Shown here: positions 58,941 to 64,000 of the stretch, in pieces
How the letters are laid out: each line of letters starts with the position of its first letter
Position numbering within the stretch: position 1 is the first letter of the stretch
Source: Harriotta raleighana
Lineage: Eukaryota
DNA: 64,000 nt
Assembly (NCBI GenBank): GCA_050575255.1
Contig: JBNZDD010013687.1
Location: 1,743,487 to 1,807,486 of the forward strand
Reading direction: 5' to 3'
The notes under the pieces: model-generated
The model's input: only the letters and a program-made list of their open reading frames with translations
Databases searched by the model: none
What the model was told of the DNA's origin: nothing
Position numbers and translations under genes: made by a program

Positions 58941-61900
58941 TCTCAGTGTTTGCCAACTGAATCGTTTGGTTATTTTTCAGACTTGTAGGATTCTCCAGGG
59001 TTTGAAATAACAGCCTGGTGGGTAAGAGCATTGTCTGGTTTAGAACCAAATTCTAAGTACTGTATAAGAAGATTGGAGATTTTGATCTCATCCTATGTTG
59101 AGCTAGCTAGGAATGACAGTGGAGGGAATACAGCTGGACACATCATTCTTTGGATAAGGGAAGAGAATATCAGTGAAGGTTATTATTCCTGTAGCTCGAT
59201 TTCCTCTCCCCAGCCCCTCACCCCATTTCCCCCCTCTTTCTCCCGCCTGTTCCCTCCTTCTCCACTTTGGAACCCTGTAGATGAGAACAGGATAATCCTG
59301 TCGACCTTCAGGATTGAGGTACTGGCAGGCAACCAGAAGCCAGGCAATCACAGCCCAGCAATGGCTTCAGGGCAGGAAGGACTGGGAGAACATAGTGAAG
59401 AAAAAAAATTGTGGAATCCTTTTTGTTCGAAAGATTTGCTTAAATAAATTAAATATTTAGAATCGTAAATGAAACAGACACACATGCAGAGTATTCAGTA
59501 GGTTAAAATGGCTTAAACTCTGCCAGACTGGATTTAAATGTATGTCAGCACAGTAATTTATTGGGAAAACACCGGAAAGTTATCAAATATTCCTGTCTTA
59601 TCAGATGGACGTTAGATGCACCAATTATAATCCATTTCAAGGTAGATTAATGCATGGGAGTTGTCAGAAAATAAAACCAATGGCTCAATAAATACGTTTA
59701 CTTTGTATACTTTAAAAATGGATTGCAAGATAATAAAACACAGTTCTGTGATACATTTCCATGCCTATACTGGGATGTGAATCACAATTGGATTTCTTTG
59801 CACCAAATTATTTTTTCTTTACTGCCTTCAGAGACCGCAAGCTATTCTTTGAGCACGGTGATTCTATATAGTAAGCCTTAGAACCCAGAACAGAAATACT
59901 TCAAAGCAAATAGTGTGTGAATTATTAAGACAAAATTGCTCGGAGCAGTCAGTAAATTACTTCAGTTACATATGCACAATATTTTACAGGGTTGAAGTGT
60001 GCATGCTTTGAGACAGGACAAAAGAAAGTGTCAATCATCAAGCTCAAACATCATTTCTAACAACAAAAACTTCTAGTGTTTGGTAACTAAAAAAACATTT
60101 TGCAGAGACCATGGCAGGGAAATGTAGATTGTTATACTATACAGAGGTGGACAATTTTACATGCGGATACATTTGTGTTAAAATAATGTTACATTTTCCA
60201 ACAAAGGCTTTCTATATGTCTACAGATCTGTCTGCACCAGTAAGTATACTATATATTGAATTACTTTTAATATCCTGCTAAATTGAGGTTTATTTTTTTT
60301 TCTTTCAAGATTTTATTTCAATGCACGACATTGCAGCCTGAAACTTGGCTGAGTTGTCCTTAGTAAACCTAAAATACAATTAAATAAGTGAATCATTATG
60401 TAAACCGCCTTATCCTTTTTAAACACTAAATGTTTTAGGGGAAATTAACTTGTTGCTCTATATTAATAGATTGTGCGGCATGCTAAAACAATTCATCAGA
60501 GACATGCGTAATTCTATATTAAATTATTGTAGGAACAGTGTAACTAATATAATATATTTGAAAATCTAATCATATGTTTTTGTCAGACGTACCCAATTTT
60601 TAAGAGAAATACTAACTCCTGACTCACTCCCCTCATGGCCATTGACGACTGTCATGGGGAATATTGTTGCTCAGTGCTACTTTGAATCCTTACAGTTTCT
60701 GAGAATATACAGAAAGGGACCAAAATGTTTCTTATGAAATAGTATATTTCAGGGATCACAGAATGTAAGGCTTACATACATTTCTGAAAAGACTTGTACA
60801 TTTGTCCAGCTCGGTGATAGTTAATGTATGTCGACTATCATGAGTGGCTGTTGAGGGTAATTTGGAAAATGAACTAGAGCCAAACCTATTGAAGTTCAAA
60901 CTGTAATTAAATTTGTTGATGCAGAACAAAAATACTAAGTAATAGCATAAGATATTTGGTTTTACATCCAGGGAAGGACAGAAATGGTATCTGCTTTTGG
61001 CAGGACATCATTTATCTTGGGTTTTGTTTAGAATCCAGCTGTTAGTTAGTGCAACATGCTTGGCTTTGTTTTGACCCCATGACCACTTTTGGTATTAAAC
61101 GTGGATCCCACATGAGGAAAAATGTACAATTCCAATTTATATTTGTTTCATGGAAGAAAATGACTTCAGAAAATGGGCACAGAATTTTCACAAATGCCTC
61201 AATAGATTTTAATGGACTGCACAATTCTTTGAAAATGTCTAAATCATACTTGCTGAATTTGGTGTAGGCATTTCCCTCTCTCTTTATTTATGACTGACCC
61301 ATGAAATAACATGGGCAGCAGTGGAAGGTTCTTTTTTTTCCATTTGGTATTTGCGGCTAAAGTCGGAGACACGGCCTTGCTAACTCTTAACAAAGTTCAG
61401 ACACCAATTTTATTTCATTCATCTTATTCTTGCAACATCTGCTGGCCTCCTTCCACTCAAAACAATCACAAATTTCATCACGTGAATTAGTTGCAAACAG
61501 CTGTTTTGCTAAATCTTGGAAACTGATGGTCAAATTGTTTCTCGGTATGGAAGAACAGAACTGGTTTGGGTAGACATTTTGTGAGTTTCCATTTGCTTGA
61601 TGTTGCCATTAATGTGGGGTCAGCATTCTACATGTTTGTGAAAACCTGGGCAGGTCTTGTGAAGGGGGAAGGAAATGTAATTAATTATCAAACCTAATTG
61701 AAAAAGTATGATGACTCTTATTACTAAATCAATTTTTTTTAATGCAGTTTGATGGGTCATAATGGCTACACATCTAAATGTCTCAAATGAAGAAAGATGG
61801 TAATTGTTTTGTGAATTCTGTATCCTGTACATTATGTATCCTTGCAACTCCCCTTTGCTGTATTTTATAATGCAGATAATTAAAGAGAAAGGATATAATT

Positions 61901-62967
61901 CTGATCTAATAACGATTGTGAATAAAGTCCCTGTTCTGTGTGCAAGTTCCTTGTGAATCTCGGTAGAATTTCTCTTCTCTTCACTCAGTGGAACTCGCTT
62001 TGTTGAATCCTAATCTGCTACGAGACAAATTAATAATCATTCGCTGGTGTGATGTATTTTCATTTAAATTCTTTGACATAAGATTAATATTGGGTCTTAA
62101 TTCTTCAGCACAAAAGTTGTGTGGCAGTCATAAAATTTAAAGGCATGAACAAGACAATTGAATATGCAGAGCTGTCGAATTAAAGTGATTTACAGTGTCA
62201 GAGTTCTGACCTGTAAGACTATTTGCCAGTAGCAAATCTTCAGTTCCTTTCTTTCGCTCTGACTAGAACTGTGACTTAAGCATGCAACTGATACTCTTGA
62301 CACACTTCACACTTGGTGTAGGACAGGAAAAAGATATTATGAAATAAAGAAGTAGGGTTATGAATACAGAGCCTCTGCCCTTAGATAATAAACCACTGTG
62401 CTTCAGCCCCATCATTGTTTGGATGATTTTGTAGGCTATTCCCTAATTATGTGACCAGACAAAACTACCATAATAGTGGCACCATTCTTGCAATGTCTAT
62501 CTCTGTAGTTTTTGTATTAGTGCTAATATATGTGTATAATCATGCTGATAAGAGTGGTGACAGAAAAATAACTGACAGCTACGGACTTCAGAAATGGAAT
62601 GGATAAAAGAATCTCTTTTTTTTGCCCCTCTGCCACATCAGACAGTAGAGTGCATGTCTGTTCTCTGCATGCCACATTCTACTTTACAGAGTCAGGCAGA
62701 AGCCTCTTATTCATCTTCTAGAAAAAGCCCATCAAAGATCCTTAGACACAAGCAGATTGTTTCTTTGCATAAAGAATCAGGGCCAAAATCTTTGGGAATA
62801 TCAGAACTTTGCTGATAGAATTTCTGGTAAAGCTAGAAGCAATGAAATTTCTCCCCTTTAATGTTGGTGATGTTGAGGACAGAAGACATAATCATCAACT
62901 ATTTTTCCTTTTCAGAATTTTTTTTCTTTGGACATCACTGTAATTATCTTTGTCGTTTTTTTTAAAG

Positions 62968-63054
62968 CTGGATCCAGAACACGCGACTCCCCTGGCTGGG
63001 CTATTGAAGAGCTTGCTTCAGCTGCTCAGTTCTCTTACTGTGCTTGATAAGAGG
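62968..63054 (+). CDS. Candidate internal coding exon (87 nt, phase 0/0) of an unidentified long-intron gene: LDPEHATPLAGLLKSLLQLLSSLTVLDKR
   Basis: A long T-rich tract ends in TTTAAAG| and the donor is AGG|GTAAAG. The length is a multiple of 3 and only frame 0 is open. GC and CpG (ACGCGA) are higher than in the flanks. The peptide looks like an amphipathic Leu-rich helix. Confidence 0.55.
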
Positions 63055-63704
63055 GTAAAGCTTTAAACATGTTGGGGCATAACTGATAGAAAATTCTTAT
63101 TAATATGTATTAGCTGTTTGTGTAGATTGTGTAAAACATGAGAGAGTCTCCAATGTTTTAAAAATGAATAATTTGTATCTAAAGATCTTTAAAAGAATGT
63201 TGAAATTTACCCCCACAAATCAAGGTATGGCAAAAACAATATTTTACTGATCTGCTCTGTGAAATAACCTGTTATTTGCAAACCTTTGAGGATTTGTACA
63301 TTAACCTCCTGTTAGTTTAAAATAGATTGCTTCTGTTCATATCCTGTTTATTTTGATTGTTTCCAGCTATAGCTGCATTGTCCATTTCCTTTTTCACCAG
63401 CTACATGTTCAAATGTGTACCAAACCAAAAGCAAATAATCTTTTTAATTGCCCTAATTATATTTCAATGTTCCTTTCAAGAAGTATTTATATTTTATTAC
63501 TCTGATTTATTTCTCTTAGTTTAAACTAGGCAAGAGTTCAAATTAGTCGCTTATTGACTGTGAATTTATTAAACGACCCTGTAAGTGACAACCAGGTCAT
63601 AGCAGAAAGGGCTGCGAGATGCTTAAAAAATGCAGAAAAGTGGTTTTAGAATTGGAAGCAATCGTTGAAGAAATCGAGGTGTTTACCGATGTCCTGAACT
63701 GTCA

Positions 63705-63815
63705 GTCACCTACAAAATACACAGTCATTACATTTTACAGCAAATCCTGTGAAGCGCTTTCAGACGTTCTCGCCAGAAGTCACAAGGCATTATGGCAAGT
63801 ACAAGAATACTTTTA
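63705..63815 (+). mobile_element. SINE 3' tail
   Basis: TCACCTACAAAATACACAGTCA...TTTACAG..AATCCTGTGAAGCGCTTTCAGACG...AAGGCATTAT. Confidence 0.7.
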
Positions 63816-64000
63816 TCAACTTTCAGTGAATAGAGTTCTTTCAGTGAACTAAGTTCTTTCCATGAACTTTGCAGTGGAACAGACGAGCAATGTGCTTCCT
63901 GTCTGAACTGGAGAAATCTTAATCTGTTTACCAATTTATTGGCAAGGAAAGGATCAGCCAATGTGTTTGAGAGAAATGAGCTTGAGCAGGGAGGGAAGGA

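Noticed and set aside
59031-59447. 138-aa ORF, or a possible terminal exon after the pyrimidine tract at 59210-59280 (DENRIILSTFRIE...LLK*)
   Set aside because: The openness is partly due to a CT-rich tract and there is no recognisable homology. The acceptor is plausible but unsupported.
63821-63870. Tandem repeat of about 18-bp period (TTTCAGTGAA...AGTTC), about 2.7 units
   Set aside because: It is a short local slippage duplication with no further structure.

Overview
This is eukaryotic, AT-rich, CpG-depleted vertebrate DNA, not prokaryotic. The repeats I recognise from memory are tRNA-headed SINEs with Deu-type bodies and L2-type (TTA)n/(TTG)n tails, CR1 and RTE LINE relics, a shark-type fold-back element and LF-SINE-like fragments. 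Together they point to a cartilaginous fish, most likely a holocephalan such as the elephant shark (inference). Nearly all of the window looks like one very long intron or gene desert. The only reasonably supported coding feature is an 87-nt phase-0/0 internal exon on + at 62968-63054 (LDPEHATPLAGLLKSLLQLLSSLTVLDKR), whose gene I could not identify. A weaker 36-nt cassette or poison exon candidate lies at 37966-38001. The listed ORFs are chance ORFs or transposon relics. Two duplications flanking single N characters (33678, 45220) are probably assembly artefacts. I found no evidence of a new multi-gene system. The observations most worth following up are two LF-SINE-like fragments, UCON3-like SINEs, a hAT MITE with a perfect 8-bp target-site duplication (TSD), a 79-bp-stem fold-back, a SINE rewritten with G-rich blocks, a CTCF-like motif, and long TE-poor tracts that may hold conserved non-coding elements. 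Repeat family names come from remembered consensus features and need RepeatMasker/Dfam confirmation. Boundaries of old repeats are approximate.
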